Shown here: positions 29,901 through 38,290 of the stretch, piece after piece
How the letters are laid out: every line of letters starts with the position of its first letter
Numbering within the stretch: the first letter of the stretch is position 1
Source: an uncultured Sphingobacterium sp.
GTDB lineage: Bacteria; Bacteroidota; Bacteroidia; SpSt-205
DNA length: 64,000 nt
Direction of reading: 5' to 3'
Assembly: GCA_964489015.1 (NCBI GenBank)
Contig: CAZAXD010000005.1
Span: forward strand, 13,521-77,520
Notes under the pieces: model-generated
Told to the model about the DNA's origin: nothing
The model's database searches: none
What the model saw: only the letters and a program-made list of their open reading frames with translations
Program-made: the position numbers and the translations under genes

Positions 29901-30822
29901 GACGGATTACGTGGACACAGGGCTGGTAGCGGGGCGATATGCTTATGCCGTTCGGGCCATTGGCGGGGCCTTTGGTGAGGTCCGCGTGGTGAACTTAGGC
30001 CCCCGTCCCTGCCTAAGCGTGATAGACCTAAAGCCCCACCTTGGTCAGGTGATCCTCCAGGGTAATAGCAGTTGGTGGCAAAACGGTGAGTCTGCTTTTA
30101 CCTTGGAACCAGGGAACCTAAAACCTCTTTTGGCGCTGGGCAGTGGCCCTACGTGGATTTTACAATTTGCAGAGCCTTTGCAGGCAGGGGCTTACCGGCT
30201 AGTCATCGATACGCTTCTCCAAGATGAAGACGCCCGCTATTTAGACCCTGCATGTGATACGGTACTTCTCATTGTGCCGGCCTTACCTGGCGATACCTGT
30301 CCAAAAGCCATTACATGGGAGGCTGTTGACGAGCGCAGCATAGCAGTGACTTTTTCCCAGGCGCCGGGTCCTAGAGCAGAGGAGCTTACCTCATATACGA
30401 TACTCCCGGCCGGCCAAGTGGAAGCTATCACACGAATCACGCCTACCCGTTTACAGCTTCAGTTGTCCGTTTCTCCGAGTCGGGTGCCGTTTAGTTTAGT
30501 CTGGGCTTGGGACTCTACGTGTAAGGGTACGATAGCTTTTTCGCCCTTGGCCGAGAAGCTAGTAGAGTGGGCGCTCTTTCCCAATCCTATCCGTCGGCAG
30601 CATCGAGCCGTATTTTTTGGGGGGCTGCCGCCCGGGACCACTGTACAAATCTTGTCAGCAGATGGTGCACTCTGCACTCGTCTGAGAAAAGCTAAAGGGG
30701 AAACTTTATTGAGCTGGGATTTGCATACGCTACAGGGCGAGAGGCTGGCCCCTGGCGTTTACGTCGTAATCGCTGAGTACGCCGGCCAGCGCTTCTATGA
30801 TAAGCTGGTGGTCTTAGAGTAG
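26977..30822 (+). CDS. Large secreted subtilisin-like S8 serine peptidase with Fn3-like region and T9SS C-terminal sorting domain
   Basis: The signal peptide is MRWWIVGWIGAMWAQS. The S8 catalytic triad is in canonical order: D in IAIIDTGLD, H in NGHGTAVTSLIAA, S in SGTSLSAALTSAAIALL. An Fn3-like segment is present (VDLSWSPVGSATGYELWR). The C-terminus is a T9SS CTD (TTVQILSADGALCTRL...LAPGVYVVIAEYAGQRFYDKLVVLE). 1281 aa. Confidence 0.8.
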   Translation: MRWWIVGWIGAMWAQSFCVAVAPQQKELARVLRQNRLAAPVRQGPLWKGLSRVTPLVADTSLTDLSHWFVLSFQGEDSAAVVQRLLQSGYFWVVEPNHRRRLCADLYGWHHAIMGTAQAWTRTMGHANVPIAIIDTGLDTALGAFTGQYWVNAPEDLNGNGRLDSADLNGLDDDGNGWIDDVIGYDFTDQARGIAAGDAWTPDPIPVDENGHGTAVTSLIAARSDRGPISGLAPGCRILVIRAFSADGYGEDDDIARGVLYAVERGVRVINCSFGDEAPSQMMHAVIRYAAARGVVVVASSGNGSGGRPHFPSSFPEVISVGAASYDPESGRPFLWPFSGYSRVDWIAPGDRIPVLLPGAQVASLSGTSLSAALTSAAIALLLSRFPGLTPEAVRATLAASAQDLGGPGWDVYTGAGLLRLLPGLDQPHEGLIQWLEPAPHTTAPLAPVALRLRIYHSLLVGWEVAQARSLQGPWLVIARGHRPAWDTSFTWQPSSEGQWYLRLSAMLRNGQAQASILPLEAVQGGLRFEQAEIGPAWREGFQGRVANYLLNASAPVCVESASDRLCADKIDTIGAIFLGIRPSTAWTFQALGGLDTPQVMRSTPPPAYEALAFDAYAIRNISAPAGFYWPYPLPDWGGDGLPDYAAAVYDEQGYFQHVVYIERRGAVYEAYDSLTARPMLIRDVRDWDADGQPDLLGVWVDSFFVCSGSPPKEIVWRGAGRAARLDANQTIWRRTENGHYERVSQQGQVLARLLDTTTWQGSTTIPRLLLLPAASETLWVFGNYSGWIFAYRGSSLVEAYPTSLWGVGSYLEAVELNGDNQSELVYLGQRPGAKLWELGILGGRPWQHIAQSVFWYEGDYAPRLFLRADTVLLWLPPYVYVGQLSMSGIRWWAYGPAAWGAFGPLREGWLLGLDSVPCVVEYTPPVLLAPAWIRVGALGVNAVDLSWSPVGSATGYELWRITGNQATLVYAGAQTDYVDTGLVAGRYAYAVRAIGGAFGEVRVVNLGPRPCLSVIDLKPHLGQVILQGNSSWWQNGESAFTLEPGNLKPLLALGSGPTWILQFAEPLQAGAYRLVIDTLLQDEDARYLDPACDTVLLIVPALPGDTCPKAITWEAVDERSIAVTFSQAPGPRAEELTSYTILPAGQVEAITRITPTRLQLQLSVSPSRVPFSLVWAWDSTCKGTIAFSPLAEKLVEWALFPNPIRRQHRAVFFGGLPPGTTVQILSADGALCTRLRKAKGETLLSWDLHTLQGERLAPGVYVVIAEYAGQRFYDKLVVLE

Positions 30823-30838
30823 ACCTGGCATAAAGTTT

Positions 30839-31492
30839 GTGACTTCACCCACTGCTATGCTAGCGCGTATTGTCCTGATGGTAGGGGCTTTGAGCTTAGG
30901 GCTCGCCCAGGTCTCTGACAAAGAGGCTAAAAAAGAGATTCAGCGAAAAGCTATCAAAGAAGCCCGAAAAGAGGCTAAAAAGTTCAAAAAACAGGGTTAT
31001 GATGTCATGCCAGGCTCGCTGCCCATGGAAAAGCAGCTTGAGTACACCTGGATCAAGCTGTATCAGCGCGATGAGAAGGGCCAACCCCTGTACTTAAGCG
31101 CTGATGGGAATGCTGTGGCAGAAACCCGGACAGCGGCGGAGATGCAAGCGCTCGAAGCCGCCAAGCTCAACCTTGCTGGCCAACTCGAGACGTTCATCCG
31201 GGCTATCATCGAGGCAAATATTGCCAATGCCCAGCTTAATGCCGAAGAAGCGGCTTCTGTAACGGAGTTTCTCACAGCAGCTAAGAATATCATCGTTACT
31301 TCCATCTCACAGGTAGATCCGGCCTTCAAGATTTACCGTAACCTTTCTAATAGAAACGTGGAGGTCAATGTCAAGCTGCTGGTGAGTCGGGATCAGGTTG
31401 TACAAGAAGCCAAAAAGCGAGTTCGGGAAGAGCTGCGGGAAAGGCTCAGGGGCTTGCAAGACAAAGTAGACAAGCTGCTGCCATTGCAGTAA
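30839..31492 (+). CDS. Secreted Lys/Ala-rich coiled-coil protein (hypothetical, possibly LPP20/LpoB-like fold)
   Basis: It has a signal peptide, a lysine-rich repeat (KEAKKEIQRKAIKEARKEAKKFKK) and an alanine-rich helical core. It is the first gene of a tightly packed four-gene same-strand cluster. Confidence 0.45.
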   Translation: MTSPTAMLARIVLMVGALSLGLAQVSDKEAKKEIQRKAIKEARKEAKKFKKQGYDVMPGSLPMEKQLEYTWIKLYQRDEKGQPLYLSADGNAVAETRTAAEMQALEAAKLNLAGQLETFIRAIIEANIANAQLNAEEAASVTEFLTAAKNIIVTSISQVDPAFKIYRNLSNRNVEVNVKLLVSRDQVVQEAKKRVREELRERLRGLQDKVDKLLPLQ

Positions 31493-31495
31493 CCT

Positions 31496-32341
31496 ATGCG
31501 GGTCATCTGGGTGGTGGGGCTCGTCTGGGCCCAGGTCAAGGTCGTCAGTGGTACAGCCAGCGTCGAACTGCGTCCTGGCTGGTCTATGGAGCGGGCGCAG
31601 CGAGAAGCCTACCAACTAGCGATCCTCAATGCGCTCCAGACGGGCTTCCCCACCCAAGTCGCCCAAGCTAGTAAGTACCTTCTTCAAAACCGAACCGAGG
31701 GTCAGTCAGCCCAGACTACGACATACTTCTTTCTCACGGCAGACCAGTACCTTGGCGCCGAATGGCTCGAGACCTTGTCTGCTAAATACGAGACCCAGAT
31801 AGAGCGCGGCACGGTCGTAGTCACTTGCAGAGTAAAAGGTCGAGCCCGTGCCCGCGAAGTGCCGGCTATTCCCGTGGAGGTACGTCCTTTGCGCTGTCAA
31901 GATACAGCTTGCTTTACCCTCGATTTTAAGGACGGGGACCCCTTTTATCTGTATGTTCGCGTGCCGGTAGCTGGCTTCGTGCAGGTATTCTGGGAAGAAG
32001 GGGGCGCGATTTATCGCCTTTTGCCGTATCAGGGTATGCGCGTACAAGCGGTGCCCGTCCGACCAGATACGACCTATCTCTTCTTTTCTTTACGCACAGG
32101 CAGCCGTTCTGAAGCCTTCTGGACAGATGAGCTCATTCTCACGGCAGAGCAGCCAGAGGTGTTACATCGGCTGTATTTTCTGTTTTCGCCGAATCCTTTA
32201 GCTGCTCCGCCAGAACGGTACGATGACCGGCGCGGCTTTCATGGGGTAGACATGCAAGCTTTTCATGAATGGCTCTTGAGCGAGCGCCTTCGAGATGAAA
32301 AACTAACCTTGAAAATCCTAGATATAAGCATACGAAAATGA
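31496..32341 (+). CDS. Secreted hypothetical protein (caspase-associated; DUF4384-like by recall)
   Basis: The signal peptide is MRVIWVVGLVWAQV. The gap to the upstream gene is 4 nt. It overlaps the downstream WD40-caspase gene by 4 nt, which suggests translational coupling. Confidence 0.45.
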   Translation: MRVIWVVGLVWAQVKVVSGTASVELRPGWSMERAQREAYQLAILNALQTGFPTQVAQASKYLLQNRTEGQSAQTTTYFFLTADQYLGAEWLETLSAKYETQIERGTVVVTCRVKGRARAREVPAIPVEVRPLRCQDTACFTLDFKDGDPFYLYVRVPVAGFVQVFWEEGGAIYRLLPYQGMRVQAVPVRPDTTYLFFSLRTGSRSEAFWTDELILTAEQPEVLHRLYFLFSPNPLAAPPERYDDRRGFHGVDMQAFHEWLLSERLRDEKLTLKILDISIRK

Positions 32342-34167
32342 AAAGGTTCTGGTGTCTCTTGGGAGTCCTTGCATGGGCTCAACCGTATAAAGATCTGGAA
32401 GGGCATGCGGGTCCTATCAACGCCGTAGCCTTTACCTACGATAGTCACTATTTACTATCAGCGGGTAGCGACCGGCAAGTCGTTTTATGGTCGATCCCAG
32501 GTGGAGATCTCGTTAGCCGATTTCAGGGGGCTACGGCTAGCGTAAACGGTTTGGCGCTACTGCCCGATAGTTCTGGTGTATTTTGGGGCGCCTCCAGCGA
32601 TGGGAAGTTGTATCAGTGGCGGATTCGGAAACCCTCAGAGTGGCGAGCGGAGAACTGGTCTCGGGTTTCTCGTGACAAAGCCGTGGACCTATCTAAGCGC
32701 CTTCAAAAAACGGGACCGCCTATTTTATGGGAAGCGGTGACTATCCATCCCCGAAAGCCGCTCTTGTTTGCCTTAAGCCGGTACGGCCGGCTAGTCAGTT
32801 GGGACATCCAAGAAGAGTGGCTCCAGACGTATACCGACACGGCAGAGGTTGCTTATGCTTTAGCGATGCCGACCCATGGCAAGGTCCTGTACTTAGCGAG
32901 TGGCAGCGGAGCCATATATGCCTTGGACCCTAGTGATCTATCAACCAAAGAGGTTTTACGGGGACATCGAGATGGGGTGAGAGGGCTGGCGATTAGTTAT
33001 GATGATCGCTTGCTAGCTAGCGCGGGCTTAGATGGCAAAGTGATGGTCTGGCAATTACCGGAGGGTTTGCGGATACGGACGCTAGAGGGGCATAAGGACG
33101 GGGTTCGAGCAGTTAGCTTTAGCCCAGATGGTCGATATTTAGCGAGTGCGGGACGGGATGGACTCTTGTGCATCTGGGATGTGGCGACGGGTCAGCTAGC
33201 GAAAAGCCTTTCCTTGCCGAGTTCTCTGTGGGCGGTAGCCTTTAGCCCCAATGGCCAATATCTCGTCGCTGGCGGTAGTGAGGGCTTTTTGCGTCTGTGG
33301 CGTATCGACCAGCTTGGAATTCGCCCGGCCCAAATCCTTTCACCTCGGGATGAACTCTACACCCCTCCCCTTGTGCTCGAAGACGATGTGCCGGTCTGCC
33401 AAAAACCGCGTCCTTATCGGTACGCCTATATCATCGGCAATGAGGACTATCGTTTGTTTCAGCCCACTTTTACCCCGGCTATGAATGTCCCATATGCCGT
33501 TCGGGATGCGTACACCTTTCGGGTCTACGCCGAGCAGATCTTGGGGATACCCCCGCAGAATATTGTTTTTCTTCAAAATGCCACGAGTGCCCAGATGCGC
33601 CGCGAGCTAGACAAGCTATTGATTTTAGCCCAGGCGAGTCGGGGAGAAGCCGAGATATTCTTTTATTATGCGGGGCATGGCGTGCCTCATCCAGAGACAA
33701 AGGAGAGCTATCTCTTGCCAACCGATGCTTCGCCGCGGCAGCCGGAGGAGGGTGGCCTTCGCTTGACGGATATTATTCGGCAATTGGCAGAGAGCGGTGC
33801 CCATCGGGTGTGGCTTGTGGTCGATGCGTGCTTTAGCGGGGGCGCGCGCGAAGAGAGCCCCCTAGCTAGCCGAGGTATCCGCATTCGCCCGCGTCCCATT
33901 CAGCTGCGAGGGCCAACGGTACTATTGGCCGCTAGTAGTGCCGACCAGGAGGCTCTTCCCTATCACCAAGCCCAGCATGGGCTCTTTACCTACTTCCTGC
34001 TAAAAGCGCTGCGAGAGTCCTGCGGGTCTAAGTCTTTAAAAGCTATCTTCGAACAGGCTCGTCTGGAGACGACCCGGTATGGTCTGCTTCTGCATGAGAA
34101 GCTTCAGGAGCCTACTCTCTTAGTCAGTCCTGCTTTGCCCGAAACCGTCCTTTCAGAAAGCTGGTAG
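32338..34167 (+). CDS. Secreted WD40-repeat / caspase-like (peptidase C14) fusion protein
   Basis: The signal peptide is MKRFWCLLGVLAWAQP. There are at least six WD40 repeats (...LASAGLDGKVMVWQL, LASAGRDGLLCIWDV, LVAGGSEGFLRLWRI). The C-terminal caspase fold has the catalytic His in FFYYAGHGVPH and Cys in LVVDACFSGGA. Confidence 0.75.
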   Translation: MKRFWCLLGVLAWAQPYKDLEGHAGPINAVAFTYDSHYLLSAGSDRQVVLWSIPGGDLVSRFQGATASVNGLALLPDSSGVFWGASSDGKLYQWRIRKPSEWRAENWSRVSRDKAVDLSKRLQKTGPPILWEAVTIHPRKPLLFALSRYGRLVSWDIQEEWLQTYTDTAEVAYALAMPTHGKVLYLASGSGAIYALDPSDLSTKEVLRGHRDGVRGLAISYDDRLLASAGLDGKVMVWQLPEGLRIRTLEGHKDGVRAVSFSPDGRYLASAGRDGLLCIWDVATGQLAKSLSLPSSLWAVAFSPNGQYLVAGGSEGFLRLWRIDQLGIRPAQILSPRDELYTPPLVLEDDVPVCQKPRPYRYAYIIGNEDYRLFQPTFTPAMNVPYAVRDAYTFRVYAEQILGIPPQNIVFLQNATSAQMRRELDKLLILAQASRGEAEIFFYYAGHGVPHPETKESYLLPTDASPRQPEEGGLRLTDIIRQLAESGAHRVWLVVDACFSGGAREESPLASRGIRIRPRPIQLRGPTVLLAASSADQEALPYHQAQHGLFTYFLLKALRESCGSKSLKAIFEQARLETTRYGLLLHEKLQEPTLLVSPALPETVLSESW

Positions 34168-34182
34168 TCGTACCTTCGCGCC

Positions 34183-34686
34183 GTGTCTTGGCGGGTTTTC
34201 TGGAGATACGCAGTCATGGCCATAGCGGCTTTGGCTATTTCGGTTCTGGGCCTGCCGCAGCTTCATATCGTTGTATGGGAGACTCGGCAAGCCCAAAACA
34301 TCTACTTCTGGGGTGGACACACAGCGCTTCAGGCAAGTGTATCGGTTGTAGCCTACCTTTTGGCGGTCACATGGGCCTTGGTGGCGGCTGGCTTCTTGGG
34401 ATTAGCGTATTACCGGCTACTGCGAAGCGATAGGCGTGCTATTGCTGGACTCAACTGGGGCGCTTTTTTTATCGCGGTCGAGCTAGCCTTTTTACTGGGA
34501 ATAGGCGAGGAGATTTTATCGGATTTGCGGGGACAGGGCTTTCATGCAGACAGTTATGCGAGCTGGGGCGGAGGGATCTCCTTGGGTCTATTGATAGCGC
34601 TTTTATTTGTGCCCGGTTGGGTAAAACGGGCTTACTTTTCACCTAAAAAGAGAGAGCAGGTGACGGGTCCTTCAGACCCATCCTAG
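34183..34686 (+). CDS. Small integral membrane protein (hypothetical), last gene of the caspase cluster
   Basis: The 167-aa protein has four hydrophobic helices and no recognised motif. Confidence 0.4.
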   Translation: MSWRVFWRYAVMAIAALAISVLGLPQLHIVVWETRQAQNIYFWGGHTALQASVSVVAYLLAVTWALVAAGFLGLAYYRLLRSDRRAIAGLNWGAFFIAVELAFLLGIGEEILSDLRGQGFHADSYASWGGGISLGLLIALLFVPGWVKRAYFSPKKREQVTGPSDPS

Positions 34687-34700
34687 GGGCGGTTCGCTGC

Positions 34701-36383
34701 CTAGTTATAAAGGTCCCACAACACACCGAAGCTAAAAGCTCGGCCAGGCCACGGATAGGGGTAGCTCCAGAAGCTTCCGGGTACTAGTAGCCCTTCTGTG
34801 GCATTTTCTACTCGTAGGTAGACCAGCACGCGCCCCAGGTGCACGGTAAAAAAGGCATCGACACCGAGCCAGCCACCCTGGATGGGCACGGCTGGATCGC
34901 TATAAAAGAGGGCATAAGCGGGCTCATAGCGGGGTGGCTTGTAAGAGGTACTGCCTCGCAAGCGAAGCCCTAGTCGATAGACGGGCTTACGCCCCGGAAG
35001 CTGCCACCGACCATACAGGCCAAGCCAGCCACTAAGTAGCGGTACTTGTCGAAACCAAAACTGAAGGCTATCGGGTCCAGTGGCCTGCTGGATGCTTAGC
35101 GTGGGCCATACGCCAAACCAGCGTCTTTCCCAGCGCCCCTCTGCTCGCATCCCATACCAGGCGATCACGGCGCTAGGCTGATAGAGGCGACTGCCCTGTG
35201 CCAGGACAGGATATCGTTGGACGAGCCCCCATCCCGTCAGCCTAAGGGGGGGTAGCGTGTCCTGGCTTAGCGTAAAGCCCCCTTCTGCTAAGAGGGTTTG
35301 CGTGTTTTGGGGGTTAGGTAGCGGATAAGCTTGATAGTAAAACCAGGGGAGATTCTGGGAACTGTAACTGGTTTGAACCTGAAGTCGGTTATTGCCTAGG
35401 CGCAGACCTAATCGCCATTCGGGCGGCGGTGCGGCGGCAGAGAGCCAGCGCTGATAGGCTAGCTCAAGGCGGGCTCTGGGCCATTCTAAGGAAGAGAGGA
35501 ACTTTAGGCCGGTATGAGAAAAGAATCGCCATCCGATTCCCCGACCTTGCCAGGTCAAGTAGTGAGCTGCTAATTGGGCGGACCCCACCTGCGCACGCAG
35601 GCCTAGCTGAGTTTCTAGAGCCTGCACGTAAGTCGAGAAGGTATGCGTATCCACGCCGAAAGGCGAAACCGGCGCTCGACTAGGCTCGCCTCGCCAGCCG
35701 CCGCGCCGTTCTGCAACCCGACCATGAAGGCCAACGTAGGCCTTATTGACCTTGAGTCCGGCCTCAGTCTCTAAGAGGCGGTACCAGGTTTGCCATAGGC
35801 TACTGACGAAGTAGACAGGTTGCCGCTCTTTTTGGAAAGCAGCCTCTAGCCCCCCGGCTGGATCATATAAGCTTCCGCCATTGATTTGGTCTAAGAGCTG
35901 ATTCCACAGCGTTTGGACCTGAATGTACCAGCGCGATGTGTACTTGTACAAGCTCAGGCCGGCGCTGTAGTGGTCGGTCGTTTGGCCTAGGTACTCACCG
36001 GTGCGGGTTCTCCGCTGGTAGATGCCCTGGATACCCGCTGTAGGCGAGAAGTTTTGGGCATGATTCACAAAAAGTAACTGGGTTCGGCGGCTCGATTGAT
36101 CGAAGCGTAAGCGGGTGTAGGGCTTTTGGGTATAAGAGGGGGTCATAGAGCAAAGCAGATAAGCCTCTTGTTGACTAGGCCAAAGACCAGGGGAGAGCAC
36201 ACTACGCGGCGGAGCTATCGGAATGCCGTAGGGTTTGAAGTAACCTAGCCGCCAGAGCGGCATAGCTACTGTGTCCAAGGGGTCATAATAAGGTAAGCGC
36301 ACAGGGTCATAAATAGGCCCAGCGCGGTAGCTCGTATCGGGAAAGGCTGGGTACAGCTGGGTGACCTGAGCCCAGACGAGCAC
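34701..36383 (-). CDS. Hypothetical secreted / outer-membrane protein
   Basis: The 560-aa protein has a GTG start and a short ...LVWAQV signal-like N-terminus. It is rich in Tyr/Trp/Gly and beta-strand-like. No motif was recognised. Confidence 0.45.
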   Translation of the reverse strand: MLVWAQVTQLYPAFPDTSYRAGPIYDPVRLPYYDPLDTVAMPLWRLGYFKPYGIPIAPPRSVLSPGLWPSQQEAYLLCSMTPSYTQKPYTRLRFDQSSRRTQLLFVNHAQNFSPTAGIQGIYQRRTRTGEYLGQTTDHYSAGLSLYKYTSRWYIQVQTLWNQLLDQINGGSLYDPAGGLEAAFQKERQPVYFVSSLWQTWYRLLETEAGLKVNKAYVGLHGRVAERRGGWRGEPSRAPVSPFGVDTHTFSTYVQALETQLGLRAQVGSAQLAAHYLTWQGRGIGWRFFSHTGLKFLSSLEWPRARLELAYQRWLSAAAPPPEWRLGLRLGNNRLQVQTSYSSQNLPWFYYQAYPLPNPQNTQTLLAEGGFTLSQDTLPPLRLTGWGLVQRYPVLAQGSRLYQPSAVIAWYGMRAEGRWERRWFGVWPTLSIQQATGPDSLQFWFRQVPLLSGWLGLYGRWQLPGRKPVYRLGLRLRGSTSYKPPRYEPAYALFYSDPAVPIQGGWLGVDAFFTVHLGRVLVYLRVENATEGLLVPGSFWSYPYPWPGRAFSFGVLWDLYN

Positions 36384-36391
36384 AAGACAGC

Positions 36392-37219
36392 TTAGAGCGC
36401 CTGCACTAACTCTGTGAATATCCGGGTTAGTTTAGGTTCGGCTTCGTTGGCGACGTGGATGATTTCTTCTAGGGACACGGGCTTGAGGTTGTCTGGGTCT
36501 CCGATGTCTGTCACGATAGACATGGCAAAGACACGCATACCCATGTGATTGGCCACAATGCATTCGGGGATAGTAGACATGCCCACGACATCAGCACCAA
36601 TGATGCGTAAATACCGGTACTCGGCTCGGGTTTCTAGATTGGGACCGGCTACAGCGGCGTATACCCCTTCCTGGAGGGAAAATCCTAAGCACTGGGCAAT
36701 CGATCTTGCTTTTTCGATAAGCTGAGCGTCATAAGGCTGACTCATATCAGGGAAGCGGGGGCCAAGCTGATCGAGGTTGATACCGCGAAGGGGGTTTTCC
36801 GGTAAGAGGTTGATATGATCCCGAATGATCATGAGATCACCCAGCTTGTAGGTGAGGTTGACAGCACCGGCGGCATTGGAAAGCAGGAGGGTGTGGACCC
36901 CTAGGAGCTTCATGATGCGAATCGGATAGGTAATCTGATACATGGTATAGCCCTCATAATAATGGAAGCGTCCCTGCATGGCGACGACCTTCTTGCCAGC
37001 CAGCCGCCCAAAAATTAGCCGCCCAAAGTGGCTCTCTACGGTACTAATCGGAAAATGCGGAATAAAGTTATACGCTAGCTGAACTTCCTTCTCGATACTT
37101 TCAGCCAAGCGCCCTAGGCCTGTGCCTAAGACAATTCCGACTTCTACCTCATCCTGGTAGTAGCGTCGAATATATTCGAGCGTTTCTTGAAAGTGTTTAT
37201 AAGCTTCTGGCGTGCCCAT
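36392..37219 (-). CDS. Purine nucleoside phosphorylase (PNP-I/PunA type, inosine-guanosine)
   Basis: The 275-aa protein has the phosphate-binding N-terminus (VGIVLGTGLGRLAESIE) and PunA-type purine-site residues (MSTIPECIVANHMGMRVFAMSIVTD). Confidence 0.8.
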   Translation of the reverse strand: MGTPEAYKHFQETLEYIRRYYQDEVEVGIVLGTGLGRLAESIEKEVQLAYNFIPHFPISTVESHFGRLIFGRLAGKKVVAMQGRFHYYEGYTMYQITYPIRIMKLLGVHTLLLSNAAGAVNLTYKLGDLMIIRDHINLLPENPLRGINLDQLGPRFPDMSQPYDAQLIEKARSIAQCLGFSLQEGVYAAVAGPNLETRAEYRYLRIIGADVVGMSTIPECIVANHMGMRVFAMSIVTDIGDPDNLKPVSLEEIIHVANEAEPKLTRIFTELVQAL

Positions 37220-38288
37220 AGGCAGATAAAAGTTTGTAGAGGCTCCGCACTTTTTCTAAATCTTCTGGCGCGAAGGGCTCCATATGAATTCGCATGGCGT
37301 ACAAAGGTAGCGTATCGATCTCATAGAGCAGGGGACTATTATACAGTCTAGCCAGGTCTTTTTCCGTGGTCAAAAGTAGGAGATCGGCTAGCTCAAAGCG
37401 CTTTTGCAATCGGCGGTAGCTGTGACGCAGGCGCTTAATATCTTTTTCTGCATAGTGGTGATGGTCAGGAAAGGTATGAATCTCGGTTAGATATCCGCCG
37501 GCCTCTTTGACCATGTCCCGAAAGCTAGTGGGAACAGCGATACCGCAAAAAAGCAGGACTGACTTACGTTGCAGGAGCGAAAGGGGTTGACTGCCTTTGG
37601 TGGGGTGCCAGAGGTCTAGCGGTTTATAGATAAACCGGGCGGTGACTTTTCCGTGGAGAGGTATGCGGATCTTTTTGGGTCTAGCGTGCTTTTGATTGAG
37701 GACTAATAGATCTGCCCGCTGGTAAGCCCGAAGCGGTTCTCTGAGATAGCCTAGGGGGAATAGCCAGTCTTTCCAGGGGGGGCGCATGAGATCCATGAGT
37801 AGAATATCGGCATCTCGGACTAGCTGTCGATGTTGAAAGCCGTCATCCAATACGAGGATTTGGGTGTCGGGGTACTTCTCTAGCAAAGCGAGGCCAGCTT
37901 GGTGACGACTCGGGCCTACATAAACAGGCACTTCTGGAAAGCGGAGCTTGATTTGGACGGGTTCATCGCCAAATTGCAGGGCGGGCTCTGCGCAGGAGAG
38001 AGAGACCTCCGCAGTAGCTCGGCTCTGGCGACCGTAGCCGCGACTCAGATAGCCGACCTTGAGACCTTGCTCGCGAAGGGTTTGAATGAGAAAAAGGGTG
38101 AAAGGCGTTTTGCCGGTGCCGCCAAGGGTGAGATTCCCTACGCTAATCACGATACGGGGCAAGCGTCGAGTAGGCAGGAGCTTCCGGTCATATAACGCAT
38201 TTCGTACCAGGAGGATGAAGCCAGAAACCAGAGCCGCCACGAGACGTAACGGGAGCAGAGCCACCCAAAGGGTTCTTTTTAGCTTCAT
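37197..38288 (-). CDS. lpxK: Tetraacyldisaccharide 4'-kinase
   Basis: The LpxK P-loop is present (VGNLTLGGTGKTPFTLFL). An N-terminal membrane anchor helix is present. 363 aa. Confidence 0.8.
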   Translation of the reverse strand: MKLKRTLWVALLPLRLVAALVSGFILLVRNALYDRKLLPTRRLPRIVISVGNLTLGGTGKTPFTLFLIQTLREQGLKVGYLSRGYGRQSRATAEVSLSCAEPALQFGDEPVQIKLRFPEVPVYVGPSRHQAGLALLEKYPDTQILVLDDGFQHRQLVRDADILLMDLMRPPWKDWLFPLGYLREPLRAYQRADLLVLNQKHARPKKIRIPLHGKVTARFIYKPLDLWHPTKGSQPLSLLQRKSVLLFCGIAVPTSFRDMVKEAGGYLTEIHTFPDHHHYAEKDIKRLRHSYRRLQKRFELADLLLLTTEKDLARLYNSPLLYEIDTLPLYAMRIHMEPFAPEDLEKVRSLYKLLSAYGHARSL

Positions 38289-38290
38289 GG

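Noticed and set aside
32338-34167. WD40-caspase protein as an NLR/STAND-type antiphage (Avs-like) sensor-effector
   Set aside because: There is no NTPase (NACHT/NB-ARC Walker A/B) between the propeller and the protease. The protein has a cleavable signal peptide, so it is extracytoplasmic. This is incompatible with known cytosolic STAND defence architectures.
34188-34433. Second overlapping ORF at the start of the small membrane protein gene
   Set aside because: It is in a different frame, shorter, and Gly/Ser/Ala-rich without hydrophobic-helix periodicity. The 34183-34686 frame gives a coherent four-helix membrane protein.
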